Shown one piece after another: positions 41,419 through 55,442 of a stretch of 64,000 nt of DNA. The translations under genes and the position numbers were made by a program. This DNA is from Auanema rhodensis (lineage: Eukaryota; Animalia; Nematoda), in assembly GCA_964057225.1 (NCBI GenBank), contig OZ059894.1, forward strand, positions 20,894,001 through 20,958,000. Reading direction: 5' to 3'. Numbering within the stretch: the stretch's first letter is position 1; each line of letters starts with the position of its first letter. The notes beneath the pieces were generated by a model. That model was not told where the DNA came from. It made no database searches and saw nothing but the letters and a program-made list of their open reading frames with translations.

Positions 41419-44400
41419 TTAGTTATGATCGTTTGAAAAATGATGCATTAGTGTATGTTGAGTTTCCATGTACACTCAACATTGCTTCCAAAAACATTTT
41501 GACAAAAATTTTTTCGAAAAATTTCAAAATAATTTAGCAAAAAGTAGATGTTTTTAGATTCCTTTTTTCAAGGCAAAGACGATGGACAATGTTATTCAAC
41601 GAAAAAATTAATTCTTCAGGGTGAAAATCGAGGATATAAGTGTGAACTTATATCAGTTGATATCTCGGTGCATTTTTAAGCTAGCGCAAATCTGATAACA
41701 CAGATCGACGCAACTTAAAAATCCGCATCGAATGCACTATACTACATTGAGAAACGCTTAATACAAAAATTAGTTATGATCGTTTGAAAAATGATGCATT
41801 AGTGTATGTTGAGTTTCCATGTACACTCAACATTGCTTCCAAAAACATTTTGACAAAAATTTTTTCGAAAAATTTCAAAATAATTTAGCAATAGATGTTT
41901 TTAGATTCCTTTTTTCAAGGCAAAGACGATGGACAAAGTTATTCAACGAAAAAATTAATTCTTCAGGGTGAAAATCGAGGATATAAGTGTGAACTTATAT
42001 CAGTTGATATCTCGGTGCATTTTTAAGCTAGCGCAAATCTGATAACACAGATCGACGCAACTTAAAAATCCGCATCGAATGCACTATACTACATTGAGAA
42101 ACGCTTAATACAAAAATTAGTTATGATCGTTTGAAAAATGATGCATTAGTGTATGTTGAGTTTCCATGTACACTCAACATTGCTTCCAAAAACATTTTGA
42201 CAAAAATTTTTTCGAAAAATTTCAAAATAATTTAGCAAAAAGTAGATGTTTTTAGATTCCTTTTTTCAAGGCAAAGACGATGGACAATGTTATTCAACGA
42301 AAAAATTAATTCTTCAGGGTGAAAATCGAGGATATAAGTGTGAACTTATATCAGTTGATATCTCGGTGCATTTTTAAGCTAGCGCAAATCTGATAACACA
42401 GATCGACGCAACTTAAAAATCCGCATCGAATGCACTATACTACATTGAGAAACGCTTAATACAAAAATTAGTTATGATCGTTTGAAAAATGATGCATTAG
42501 TGTATGTTGAGTTTCCATGTACACTCAACATTGCTTCCAAAAACATTTTGACAAAAATTTTTTCGAAAAATTTCAAAATAATTTAGCAATAGATGTTTTT
42601 AGATTCCTTTTTTCAAGGCAAAGACGATGGACAAAGTTATTCAACGAAAAAATTAATTCTTCAGGGTGAAAATCGAGGATATAAGTGTGAACTTATATCA
42701 GTTGATATCTCGGTGCATTTTTAAGCTAGCGCAAATCTGATAACACAGATCGACGCAACTTAAAAATCCGCATCGAATGCACTATACTACATTGAGAAAC
42801 GCTTAATACAAAAATTAGTTATGATCGTTTGAAAAATAATGCATTAGTGTATGTTGAGTTTCCATGTACACTCAACATTGCTTCCAAAAACATTTTGACA
42901 AAAATTTTTTCGAAAAATTTCAAAATAATTTAGCAAAAAGTAGATGTTTTTAGATTCCTTTTTTCAAGGCAAAGACGATGGACAATGTTATTCAACGAAA
43001 AAATTAATTCTTCAGGGTGAAAATCGAGGATATAAGTGTGAACTTATATCAGTTGATATCTCGGTGCATTTTTAAGCTAGCGCAAATCTGATAACACAGA
43101 TCGACGCAACTTAAAAATCCGCATCGAATGCACTATACTACATTGAGAAACGCTTAATACAAAAATTAGTTATGATCGTTTGAAAAATGATGTTTTAGTG
43201 TATGTTGAGTTTCCATGTACACTCAACATTGCTTCCAAAAACATTTTGACAAAAATTTTTTCGAAAAATTTCGAAATAATTTAGCAAAAAGTAGATGTTT
43301 TTAGATTCCATTTTTCAAGGCAAAGACGATAGACAATGTTATTCAACGAAAAAATTAATTCTTCAGGGTGAAAATCGAGGATATAAGTGTGAACTTATAT
43401 CAGTTGATATCTCGGTGCATTTTTAAGCTAGCGCAAATCTGATAACACAGAACGACGCAGCTTAAAAATCCGCATCGAATGCACTATACTACATTGAGAA
43501 ACGCTTAATACAAAAATTAGTTATGATCGTTTGAAAAATGATGCATTAGTGTATGTTGAGTTTCCATGTACACTCAACATTGCTTCCAAAAACATTTTGA
43601 CAAAAATTTTTTCGAGAAATTTCAAAATAATTTAGCAAAAAGTAGATGTTTTTAGATTCCTTTTTTCAAGGCAAAGACGATGGACAATGTTATTCAACGA
43701 AAAAATTAATTCTTCAGGGTGAAAATCGAGGATATAAGTGTGAACTTATATCAGTTGATATCTCGGTGCATTTTTAAGCTAGCGCAAATCTGATAACACA
43801 GATCGACGCAGCTTCAAAATCCGCATCGAATGCACTATACTACATTGAGAAACGCTTAATACAAAAATTAGTTATGATCGTTTGAAAAATGATGCATTAG
43901 TGTATGTTGAGTTTCCATGTACACTCAACATTGCTTCCAAAAACATTTTGACAAAAATTTTTTCGAAAAATTTCAAAATAATTTAGCAAAAAGTAGATGT
44001 TTTTAGATTCTTTTTTTCAAGGCAAAGACGATGGACAATGTTATTCAACGAAAAAATTAATTCTTCAGGGTGAAAATCGAGGATATAAGTGTGAACTTAT
44101 ATCAGTTGATATCTCGGTGCATTTTTAAGCTAGCGCAAATCTGATAACACAGATCGACGCAACTTAAAAATCCGCATCGAATGCACTATACTACATTGAG
44201 AAACGCTTAATACAAAAATTAGTTATGATCGTTTGAAAAATGATGCATTAGTGTATGTTGAGTTTCCATGTACACTCAACATTGCTTCCAAAAACATTTT
44301 GACAAAAATTTTTTCGAAAAATTTCAAAATAATTTAGCAATAGATGTTTTTAGATTCCTTTTTTCAAGGCAAAGACGATGGACAAAGTTATTCAACGAAA

Positions 44401-46316
44401 AAATTAATTCTTCAGGGTGAAAATCGAGGATATAAGTGTGAACTTATATCAGTTGATATCTCGGTGCATTTTTAAGCTAGCGCAAATCTGATAACACAGA
44501 TCGACGCAACTTAAAAATCCGCATCGAATGCACTATACTACATTGAGAAACGCTTAATACAAAAATTAGTTATGATCGTTTGAAAAATGATGCATTAGTG
44601 TATGTTGAGTTTCCATGTACACTCAACATTGCTTCCAAAAACATTTTGACAAAAATTTTTTCGAAAAATTTCAAAATAATTTAGCAAAAAGTAGATGTTT
44701 TTAGATTCCTTTTTTCAAGGCAAAGACGATGGACAATGTTATTCAACGAAAAAATTAATTCTTCAGGGTGAAAATCGAGGATATAAGTGTGAACTTATAT
44801 CAGTTGATATCTCGGTGCATTTTTAAGCTAGCGCAAATCTGATAACACAGATCGACGCAACTTAAAAATCCGCATCGAATGCACTATACTACATTGAGAA
44901 ACGCTTAATACAAAAATTAGTTATGATCGTTTGAAAAATGATGCATTAGTGTATGTTGAGTTTCCATGTACACTCAACATTGCTTCCAAAAACATTTTGA
45001 CAAAAATTTTTTCGAAAAATTTCAAAATAATTTAGCAATAGATGTTTTTAGATTCCTTTTTTCAAGGCAAAGACGATGGACAAAGTTATTCAACGAAAAA
45101 ATTAATTCTTCAGGGTGAAAATCGAGGATATAAGTGTGAACTTATATCAGTTGATATCTCGGTGCATTTTTAAGCTAGCGCAAATCTGATAACACAGATC
45201 GACGCAACTTAAAAATCCGCATCGAATGCACTATACTACATTGAGAAACGCTTAATACAAAAATTAGTTATGATCGTTTGAAAAATAATGCATTAGTGTA
45301 TGTTGAGTTTCCATGTACACTCAACATTGCTTCCAAAAACATTTTGACAAAAATTTTTTCGAAAAATTTCAAAATAATTTAGCAAAAAGTAGATGTTTTT
45401 AGATTCCTTTTTTCAAGGCAAAGACGATGGACAATGTTATTCAACGAAAAAATTAATTCTTCAGGGTGAAAATCGAGGATATAAGTGTGAACTTATATCA
45501 GTTGATATCTCGGTGCATTTTTAAGCTAGCGCAAATCTGATAACACAGATCGACGCAACTTAAAAATCCGCATCGAATGCACTATACTACATTGAGAAAC
45601 GCTTAATACAAAAATTAGTTATGATCGTTTGAAAAATGATGTTTTAGTGTATGTTGAGTTTCCATGTACACTCAACATTGCTTCCAAAAACATTTTGACA
45701 AAAATTTTTTCGAAAAATTTCGAAATAATTTAGCAAAAAGTAGATGTTTTTAGATTCCATTTTTCAAGGCAAAGACGATAGACAATGTTATTCAACGAAA
45801 AAATTAATTCTTCAGGGTGAAAATCGAGGATATAAGTGTGAACTTATATCAGTTGATATCTCGGTGCATTTTTAAGCTAGCGCAAATCTGATAACACAGA
45901 ACGACGCAGCTTAAAAATCCGCATCGAATGCACTATACTACATTGAGAAACGCTTAATACAAAAATTAGTTATGATCGTTTGAAAAATGATGCATTAGTG
46001 TATGTTGAGTTTCCATGTACACTCAACATTGCTTCCAAAAACATTTTGACAAAAATTTTTTCGAGAAATTTCAAAATAATTTAGCAAAAAGTAGATGTTT
46101 TTAGATTCCTTTTTTCAAGGCAAAGACGATGGACAATGTTATTCAACGAAAAAATTAATTCTTCAGGGTGAAAATCGAGGATATAAGTGTGAACTTATAT
46201 CAGTTGATATCTCGGTGCATTTTTAAGCTAGCGCAAATCTGATAACACAGATCGACGCAACTTAAAAATCCGCATCGAATGCACTATACTACATTGAGAA
46301 ACGCTTAATACAAAAA
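41419..46316. repeat. 7-mer HOR (2449 bp) x2, each containing two 347-bp deletion monomers
   Basis: TTTAGCAA^TAGATG (AAAG lost) at ~41891, 42589, 44340 and 45038. AAATAATGC and GATGTTTTAG variants recur 2449 bp apart (7x351-8). Confidence 0.92.
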
Positions 46317-49300
46317 ATAGTTATGATCGTTTGAAAAATGATGCATTAGTGTATGTTGAGTTTCCATGTACACTCAACATTGCTTCCAAAAACATTTTGA
46401 CAAAAATTTTTTCGAAAAATTTCGAAATAATTTAGCAAAAAGTAGATGTTTTTAGATTCCATTTTTCAAGGCAAAGACGATGGACAATGTTATTCAACGA
46501 AAAAATTAATTCTTCAGGGTGAAAATCGAGGATATAAGTGTAAACTTATATCAGTTGATATCTCGGTGCATTTTTAAGCTAGCGCAAATCTGATAACACA
46601 GAACGACGCAGCTTAAAAATTCGCATCGAATGCACTATACTACATTGAGAAACGCTTAATACAAAAATTAGTTATGATCGTTTGAAAAATGATGCATTAG
46701 TGTATGTTGAGTTTCCATGTACACTCAACATTGCTTCCAAAAACATTTTGACAAAAATTTTTTCGAAAAATTTCGAAATTATTTAGCAAAAAGTAGATGT
46801 TTTTAGATTCCTTTTTTCAAGGCAAAGACGATGGACAATGTTATTCAACGAAAAAATTTATTCTTCAGGGTGAAAATCGAGGATATAAGTGTGAACTTAT
46901 ATCAGTTGATATCTCGGTGCATTTTTAAGCTAGCGCAAATCTGATAACACAGATCGACGCAACTTAAAAATCCGCATCGAATGCACTATACTACATTGAG
47001 AAACGCTTAATACAAAAATTAGTTATGATCGTTTGAAAAATGATGCATTAGTGTATGTTGAGTTTCCATGTACACTCAACATTGCTTCCAAAAACATTTT
47101 GACAAAAATTTTTTCGAAAAATTTCGAAATAATTTAGCAAAAAGTAGATGTTTTTAGATTCCATTTTTCAAGGCAAAGACGATGGACAATGTTATTCAAC
47201 GAAAAAATTAATTCTTCAGGGTGAAAATCGAGGATATAAGTGTAAACTTATATCAGTTGATATCTCGGTGCATTTTTAAGCTAGCGCAAATCTGATAACA
47301 CAGAACGACGCAGCTTAAAAATTCGCATCGAATGCACTATACTACATTGAGAAACGCTTAATACAAAAATTAGTTATGATCGTTTGAAAAATGATGCATT
47401 AGTGTATGTTGAGTTTCCATGTACACTCAACATTGCTTCCAAAAACATTTTGACAAAAATTTTTTCGAAAAATTTCGAAATTATTTAGCAAAAATTAGAT
47501 GTTTTTAGATTCCTTTTTTCAAGGCAAAGACGATGGACAATGTTATTCAACGAAAAAATTTATTCTTCAGGGTGAAAATCGAGGATATAAGTGTGAACTT
47601 ATATCAGTTGATATCTCGGTGCATTTTTAAGCTAGCGCAAATCTGAAAACACAGATCGACGCAGCTTAAAAATCCGCATCGAATGCACTATACTACATTG
47701 AGAAACGCTTAATACAAAAATTAGTTATGATCGTTTGAAAAATGATGCATTAGTGTATGTTGAGTTTCCATGTACACTCAACATTGCTTCCAAAAACATT
47801 TTGACAAAAATTTTTTCGAAAAATTTCGAAATAATTTAGCAAAAAGTAGATGTTTTTAGATTCCATTTTTCAAGGCAAAGACGATAGACAATGTTATTCA
47901 ACGAAAAAATTAATTCTTCAGGGTGAAAATCGAGGATATAAGTGTGAACTTATATCAGTTGATATCTCGGTGCATTTTTAAGCTAGCGCAAATCTGATAA
48001 CACAGATCGACGTAGCTTAAAAATCCGCATCGAATGCACTATACTACATTGAGAAACGCTTAATACGAAAATTAGTTATGATCGTTTGAAAAATGATGCA
48101 TTAGTGTATGTTGAGTTTCCATGTACACTCAACATTGCTTCCAAAAACATTTTGACAAAAATTTTTTCGAAAAATTTCAAAATAATTTAGCAAAAAGTAG
48201 ATGTTTTTAGATTCCTTTTTTCAAGGCAAAAACGATGGACAAAGTTATTCAACGAAAAAATTAATTCTTCAGGGTTAAAATCGAGGATATAAGTGTAAAC
48301 TTATATCAGTTGATATCTCGGTGCATTTTTAAGCTAGCGCAAATCTGATAACACAGAACGACGCAGCTTAAAAATTCGCATCGAATGCACTATACTACAT
48401 TGAGAAACGCTTAATACAAAAATTAGTTATGATCGTTTGAAAAATGATGCATTAGTGTATGTTGAGTTTCCATGTACACTCAACATTGCTTCCAAAAACA
48501 TTTTGACAAAAATTTTTTCGAAAAATTTCGAAATTATTTAGCAAAAATTAGATGTTTTTAGATTCCTTTTTTCAAGGCAAAGACGATGGACAATGTTATT
48601 CAACGAAAAAATTTATTCTTCAGGGTGAAAATCGAGGATATAAGTGTGAACTTATATCAGTTGATATCTCGGTGCATTTTTAAGCTAGCGCAAATCTGAA
48701 AACACAGATCGACGCAGCTTAAAAATCCGCATCGAATGCACTATACTACATTGAGAAACGCTTAATACAAAAATTAGTTATGATCGTTTGAAAAATGATG
48801 CATTAGTGTATGTTGAGTTTCCATGTACACTCAACATTGCTTCCAAAAACATTTTGACAAAAATTTTTTCGAAAAATTTCGAAATAATTTAGCAAAAAGT
48901 AGATGTTTTTAGATTCCATTTTTCAAGGCAAAGACGATAGACAATGTTATTCAACGAAAAAATTAATTCTTCAGGGTGAAAATCGAGGATATAAGTGTGA
49001 ACTTATATCAGTTGATATCTCGGTGCATTTTTAAGCTAGCGCAAATCTGATAACACAGAACGACGCAGCTTAAAAATCCGCATCGAATGCACTATACTAC
49101 ATTGAGAAACGCTTAATACAAAAATTAGTTATGATCGTTTGAAAAATGATGCATTAGTGTATGTTGAGTTTCCATGTACACTCAACATTGCTTCCAAAAA
49201 CATTTTGACAAAAATTTTTTCGAGAAATTTCAAAATAATTTAGCAAAAAGTAGATGTTTTTAGATTCCTTTTTTCAAGGCAAAGACGATGGACAATGTTA

Positions 49301-52300
49301 TTCAACGAAAAAATTAATTCTTCAGGGTGAAAATCGAGGGTATAAGTGTGAACTTATATCAGTTGATATCTCGGTGCATTTTTAAGCTAGCGCAAATCTG
49401 ATAACACAGATCGACGCAACTTAAAAATCCGCATCGAATGCACTATACTACATTGAGAAACGCTTAATACAAAAATTAGTTATGATCGTTTGAAAAATGA
49501 TGCATTAGTGTATGTTGAGTTTCCATGTACACTCAACATTGCTTCCAAAAACATTTTGACAAAAATTTTTTCGAAAAATTTCGAAATAATTTAGCAAAAA
49601 GTAGATGTTTTTAGATTCCATTTTTCAAGGCAAAGACGATGGACAATGTTATTCAACGAAAAAATTGATTCTTCAGGGTGAAAATCGAGGATATAAGTGT
49701 GAACTTATATCAGTTGATATCTCGGTGCATTTTTAAGCTAGCGCAAATCTGATAACACAGATCGACGCAGCTTAAAAATCCGCATCGAATGCACTATACT
49801 ACATTGAGAAACGCTTAATACAAAAATTAGTTATGATCGTTTGAAAAATGATGCATTAGTGTATGTTGAGTTTCCATGTACACTCAACATTGCTTCCAAA
49901 AACATTTTGACAAAAATTTTTTCGAAAAATTTCAAAATAATTTAGCAAAAAGTAGATGTTTTTAGATTCCTTTTTTCAAGGCAAAGACGATGGACAAAGT
50001 TATTCAACGAAAAAATTAATTCTTCAGGGTTAAAATCGAGGATATAAGTGTAAACTTATATCAGTTGATATCTCGGTGCATTTTTAAGCTAGCGCAAATC
50101 TGATAACACAGAACGACGCAGCTTAAAAATTCGCATCGAATGCACTATACTACATTGAGAAACGCTTAATACAAAAATTAGTTATGATCGTTTGAAAAAT
50201 GATGCATTAGTGTATGTTGAGTTTCCATGTACACTCAACATTGCTTCCAAAAACATTTTGACAAAAATTTTTTCGAAAAATTTCAAAATAATTTAGCAAA
50301 AAGTAGATGTTTTTAGATTCCATTTTTCAAGGCAAAGACGATGGACAATGTTATTCAACGAAAAAATTGATTCTTCAGGGTGAAAATCGAGGATATAAGT
50401 GTGAACTTATATCAGTTGATATCTCGGTGCATTTTTAAGCTAGCGCAAATCTGATAACACAGATCGACGCAGCTTAAAAATCCGCATCGAATGCACTATA
50501 CTACATTGAGAAACGCTTAATACAAAAACTAGTTATGATCGTTTGAAAAATGATGCATTAGTGTATGTTGAGTTTCCATGTACACTCAACATTGCTTCCA
50601 AAAACATTTTGACAAAAATTTTTTCGAAAAATTTCAAAATAATTTAGCAAAAAGTAGATGTTTTTAGATTCCTTTTTTCAAGGCAAAGACGATGGACAAT
50701 GTTATTCAACGAAAAAATTAATTCTTCAGGGTGAAAATCGAGGATATAAGTGTGAACTTATATCAGTTGATATCTCGGTGCATTTTTAAGCTAGCGCAAA
50801 TCTGATAACACAGATCGACGCAACTTAAAAATCCGCATCGAATGCACTATACTACATTGAGAAACGCTTAATACAAAAATTAGTTATGATCGTTTGAAAA
50901 ATGATGCATTAGTGTATGTTGAGTTTCCATGTACACTCAACATTGCTTCCAAAAACATTTTGACAAAAATTTTTTCGAAAAATTTCAAAATAATTTAGCA
51001 AAAAGTAGATGTTTTTAGATTCCTTTTTTCAAGGCAAAGACGATGGACAATGTTATTCAACGAAAAAATTGATTCTTCAGGGTGAAAATCGAGGATATAA
51101 GTGTGAACTTATATCAGTTGATATCTCGGTGCATTTTTAAGCTAGCGCAAATCTGATAACACAGATCGACGCAGCTTAAAAATCCGCATCGAATGCACTA
51201 TACTACATTGAGAAACGCTTAATACAAAAATTAGTTATGATCGTTTGAAAAATGATGCATTAGTGTATGTTGAGTTTCCATGTACACTCAACATTGCTTC
51301 CAAAAACATTTTGACAAAAATTTTTTCGAAAAATTTCAAAATAATTTAGCAAAAAGTAGATGTTTTTAGATTCCTTTTTTCAAGGCAAAGACGATGGACA
51401 ATGTTATTCAACGAAAAAATTGATTCTTCAGGGTGAAAATCGAGGATATAAGTGTGAACTTATATCAGTTGATATCTCGGTGCATTTTTAAGCTAGCGCA
51501 AATCTGATAACACAGATCGACGCAGCTTAAAAATCCGCATCGAATGCACTATACTACATTGAGAAACGCTTAATACAAAAATTAGTTATGATCGTTTGAA
51601 AAATGATGCATTAGTGTATGTTGAGTTTCCATGTACACTCAACATTGCTTCCAAAAACATTTTGACAAAAATTTTTTCGAAAAATTTCAAAATAATTTAG
51701 CAAAAAGTAGATGTTTTTAAATTCCTTTTTTCAAGGCAAAGACGATGGACAAAGTTATTCAACGAAAAAATTGATTCTTCAGGGTGAAAATCGAGGATAT
51801 AAGTGTGAACTTATATCAGTTGATATCTCGGTGCATTTTTAAGCTAGCGCAAATCTGATAACACAGAACGACGCAGCTTAAAAATTCGCATCGAATGCAC
51901 TATACTACATTGAGAAACGCTTAATACAAAAATTAGTTATGATCGTTTGAAAAATGATGCATTAGTGTATGTTGAGTTTCCATGTACACTCAACATTGCT
52001 TCCAAAAACATTTTGACAAAAATTTTTTCGAAAAATTTCAAAATAATTTAGCAAAAAGTAGATGTTTTTAAATTCCTTTTTTCAAGGCAAAGACGATGGA
52101 CAAAGTTATTCAACGAAAAAATTGATTCTTCAGGGTGAAAATCGAGGATATAAGTGTGAACTTATATCAGTTGATATCTCGGTGCATTTTTAAGCTAGCG
52201 CAAATCTGATAACACAGAACGACGCAGCTTAAAAATTCGCATCGAATGCACTATACTACATTGAGAAACGCTTAATACAAAAATTAGTTATGATCGTTTG

Positions 52301-55300
52301 AAAAATGATGCATTAGTGTATGTTGAGTTTCCATGTACACTCAACATTGCTTCCAAAAACATTTTGACAAAAATTTTTTCGAAAAATTTCGAAATAATTT
52401 AGCAAAAAGTAGATGTTTTTAGATTCCATTTTTCAAGGCAAAGACGATAGACAATGTTATTCAACGAAAAAATTAATTCTTCAGGGTGAAAATCGAGGAT
52501 ATAAGTGTGAACTTATATCAGTTGATATCTCGGTGCATTTTTAAGCTAGCGCAAATCTGATAACACAGATCGACGCAGCTTAAAAATCCGCATCGAATGC
52601 ACTATACTACATTGAGAAACGCTTAATACAAAAATTAGTTATGATCGTTTGAAAAATGATGCATTAGTGTATGTTGAGTTTCCATGTACACTCAACATTG
52701 CTTCCAAAAACATTTTGACAAAAATTTTTTCGAAAAATTTCAAGATAATTTAGCAAAAAGTAGATGTTTTTAGATTCCTTTTTTCAAGGCAAAGACGATG
52801 GACAATGTTATTCAACGAAAAAATTGATTCTTCAGGGTGAAAATCGAGGATATAAGTGTGAACTTATATCAGTTGATATCTCGGTGCATTTTTAAGCTAG
52901 CGCAAATCTGATAACACAGATCGACGCAGCTTCAAAATCCGCATCGAATGCACTATACTACATTGAGAAACGCTTAATACAAAAATTAGTTATGATCGTT
53001 TGAAAAATGATGCATTAGTGTATGTTGAGTTTCCATGTACACTCAACATTGCTTCCAAAAACATTTTGACAAAAATTTTTTCGAAAAATTTCGAAATAGT
53101 TTAGCAAAAAGTAGATGTTTTTAGATTCCATTTTTCAAGGCAAAGACGATAGACAATGTTATTCAACGAAAAAATTAATTCTTCAGGGTGAAAATCGAGG
53201 ATATAAGTGTGAACTTATATCAGTTGATATCTCGGTGCATTTTTAAGCTAGCGCAAATCTGATAACACAGATCGACGCAGCTTCAAAATCCGCATCGAAT
53301 GCACTATACTACATTGAGAAACGCTTAATACAAAAATTAGTTATGATCGTTTGAAAAATGATGCATTAGTGTATGTTGAGTTTCCATGTACACTCAACAT
53401 TGCTTCCAAAAACATTTTGACGAAAATTTTTTCGAAAAATTTCGAAAAAATTTAGCAAAAAGTAGATGTTTTTAGATTCCATTTTTCAAGGCAAAGACGA
53501 TAGACAATGTTATTCAACGAAAAAATTAATTCTTCAGGGTGAAAATCGAGGATATAAGTGTGAACTTATATCAGTTGATATCTCGGTGCATTTTTAAGCT
53601 AGCGCAAATCTGATAACACAGATCGACGCAGCTTCAAAATCCGCATCGAATGCACTATACTACATTGAGAAACGCTTAATACAAAAATTAGTTATGATCG
53701 TTTGAAAAATGATGCATTAGTGTATGTTGAGTTTCCATGTACACTCAACATTGCTTCCAAAAACATTTTGACAAAAATTTTTTCGAAAAATTTCAAAATA
53801 ATTTAGCAAAAAGTAGATGTTTTTAGATTCCATTTTTCAAGGCAAAGACGATAGACAATGTTATTCAACGAAAAAATTAATTCTTCAGGGTGAAAATCGA
53901 GGATATAAGTGTGAACTTATATCAGTTGATATCTCGGTGCATTTTTAAGCTAGCGCAAATCTGATAACACAGATCGACGCAGCTTCAAAATCCGCATCGA
54001 ATGCACTATACTACATTGAGAAACGCTTAATACAAAAATTAGTTATGATCGTTTGAAAAATGATGCATTAGTGTATGTTGAGTTTCCATGTACACTCAAC
54101 ATTGCTTCCAAAAACATTTTGACGAAAATTTTTTCGAGAAATTTCAAAATAATTTAGCAAAAAGTAGATGTTTTTAGATTCCTTATTTCAAGGCAAAGAC
54201 GATGGACAATGTTATTCAACGAAAAAATTAATTCTTCAGGGTGAAAATCGAGGATATAAGTGTGAACTTATATCAGTTGATATCTCGGTGCATTTTTAAG
54301 CTAGCGCAAATCTGATAACACAGAACGACGCAGCTTAAAAATTCGCATCGAATGCACTATACTACATTGAGAAACGCTTAATACAAAAATTAGTTATGAT
54401 CGTTTGAAAAATGATGCATTAGTGTATGTTGAGTTTCCATGTACACTCAACATTGCTTCCAAAAACATTTTGACAAAAATTTTTTCGAAAAATTTCAAAA
54501 TAATTTAGCAAAAAGTAGATGTTTTTAGATTCCATTTTTCAAGGCAAAGACGATGGACAATGGTATTTAACGAAAAAATTAATTCTTCAGGGTGAAAATC
54601 GAGGATATAAGTGTGAACTTATATCAGTTGATATCTCGGTGCATTTTCAAGCTAGCGCAAATCTGATAACACAGAACGACGCAGCTTAAAAATCCGCATC
54701 GAATGCACTATACTACATTGAGAAACGCTTAATACAAAAATTAGTTATGATCGTTTGAAAAATGATGCATTAGTGTATGTTGAGTTTCCATGTACACTCA
54801 ACATTGCTTCCAAAAACATTTTGACAAAAATTTTTTCGAGAAATTTCAAAATAATTTAGCAAAAAGTAGATGTTTTTAGATTCCTTTTTTCAAGGCAAAG
54901 ACGATGGACAATGTTATTCAACGAAAAAATTAATTCTTCAGGGTGAAAATCGAGGATATAAGTGTGAACTTATATCAGTTGATATCTCGGTGCATTTTTA
55001 AGCTAGCTCAAATCTGATAACACAGATCGACGCAGCTTAAAAATCCGCATCGAATGCACTATACTACATTGAGAAACGCTTAATACAAAAATTAGTTATG
55101 ATCGTTTGAAAAATGATGCATTAGTGTATGTTGAGTTTCCATGTACACTCAACATTGCTTCCAAAAACATTTTGACAAAAATTTTTTCGAAAAATTTCGA
55201 AATAGTTTAGCAAAAAGTAGATGTTTTTAGATTCCATTTTTCAAGGCAAAGACGATAGACAATGTTATTCAACGAAAAAATTAATTCTTCAGGGTGAAAA

Positions 55301-55442
55301 TCGAGGATATAAGTGTGAACTTATATCAGTTGATATCTCGGTGCATTTTCAAGCTAGCGCAAATCTGATAACACAGATCGACGCAGCTTAAAAATCCGCA
55401 TCGAATGCACTATACTACATTGAGAAACGCTTAATACAAAAA

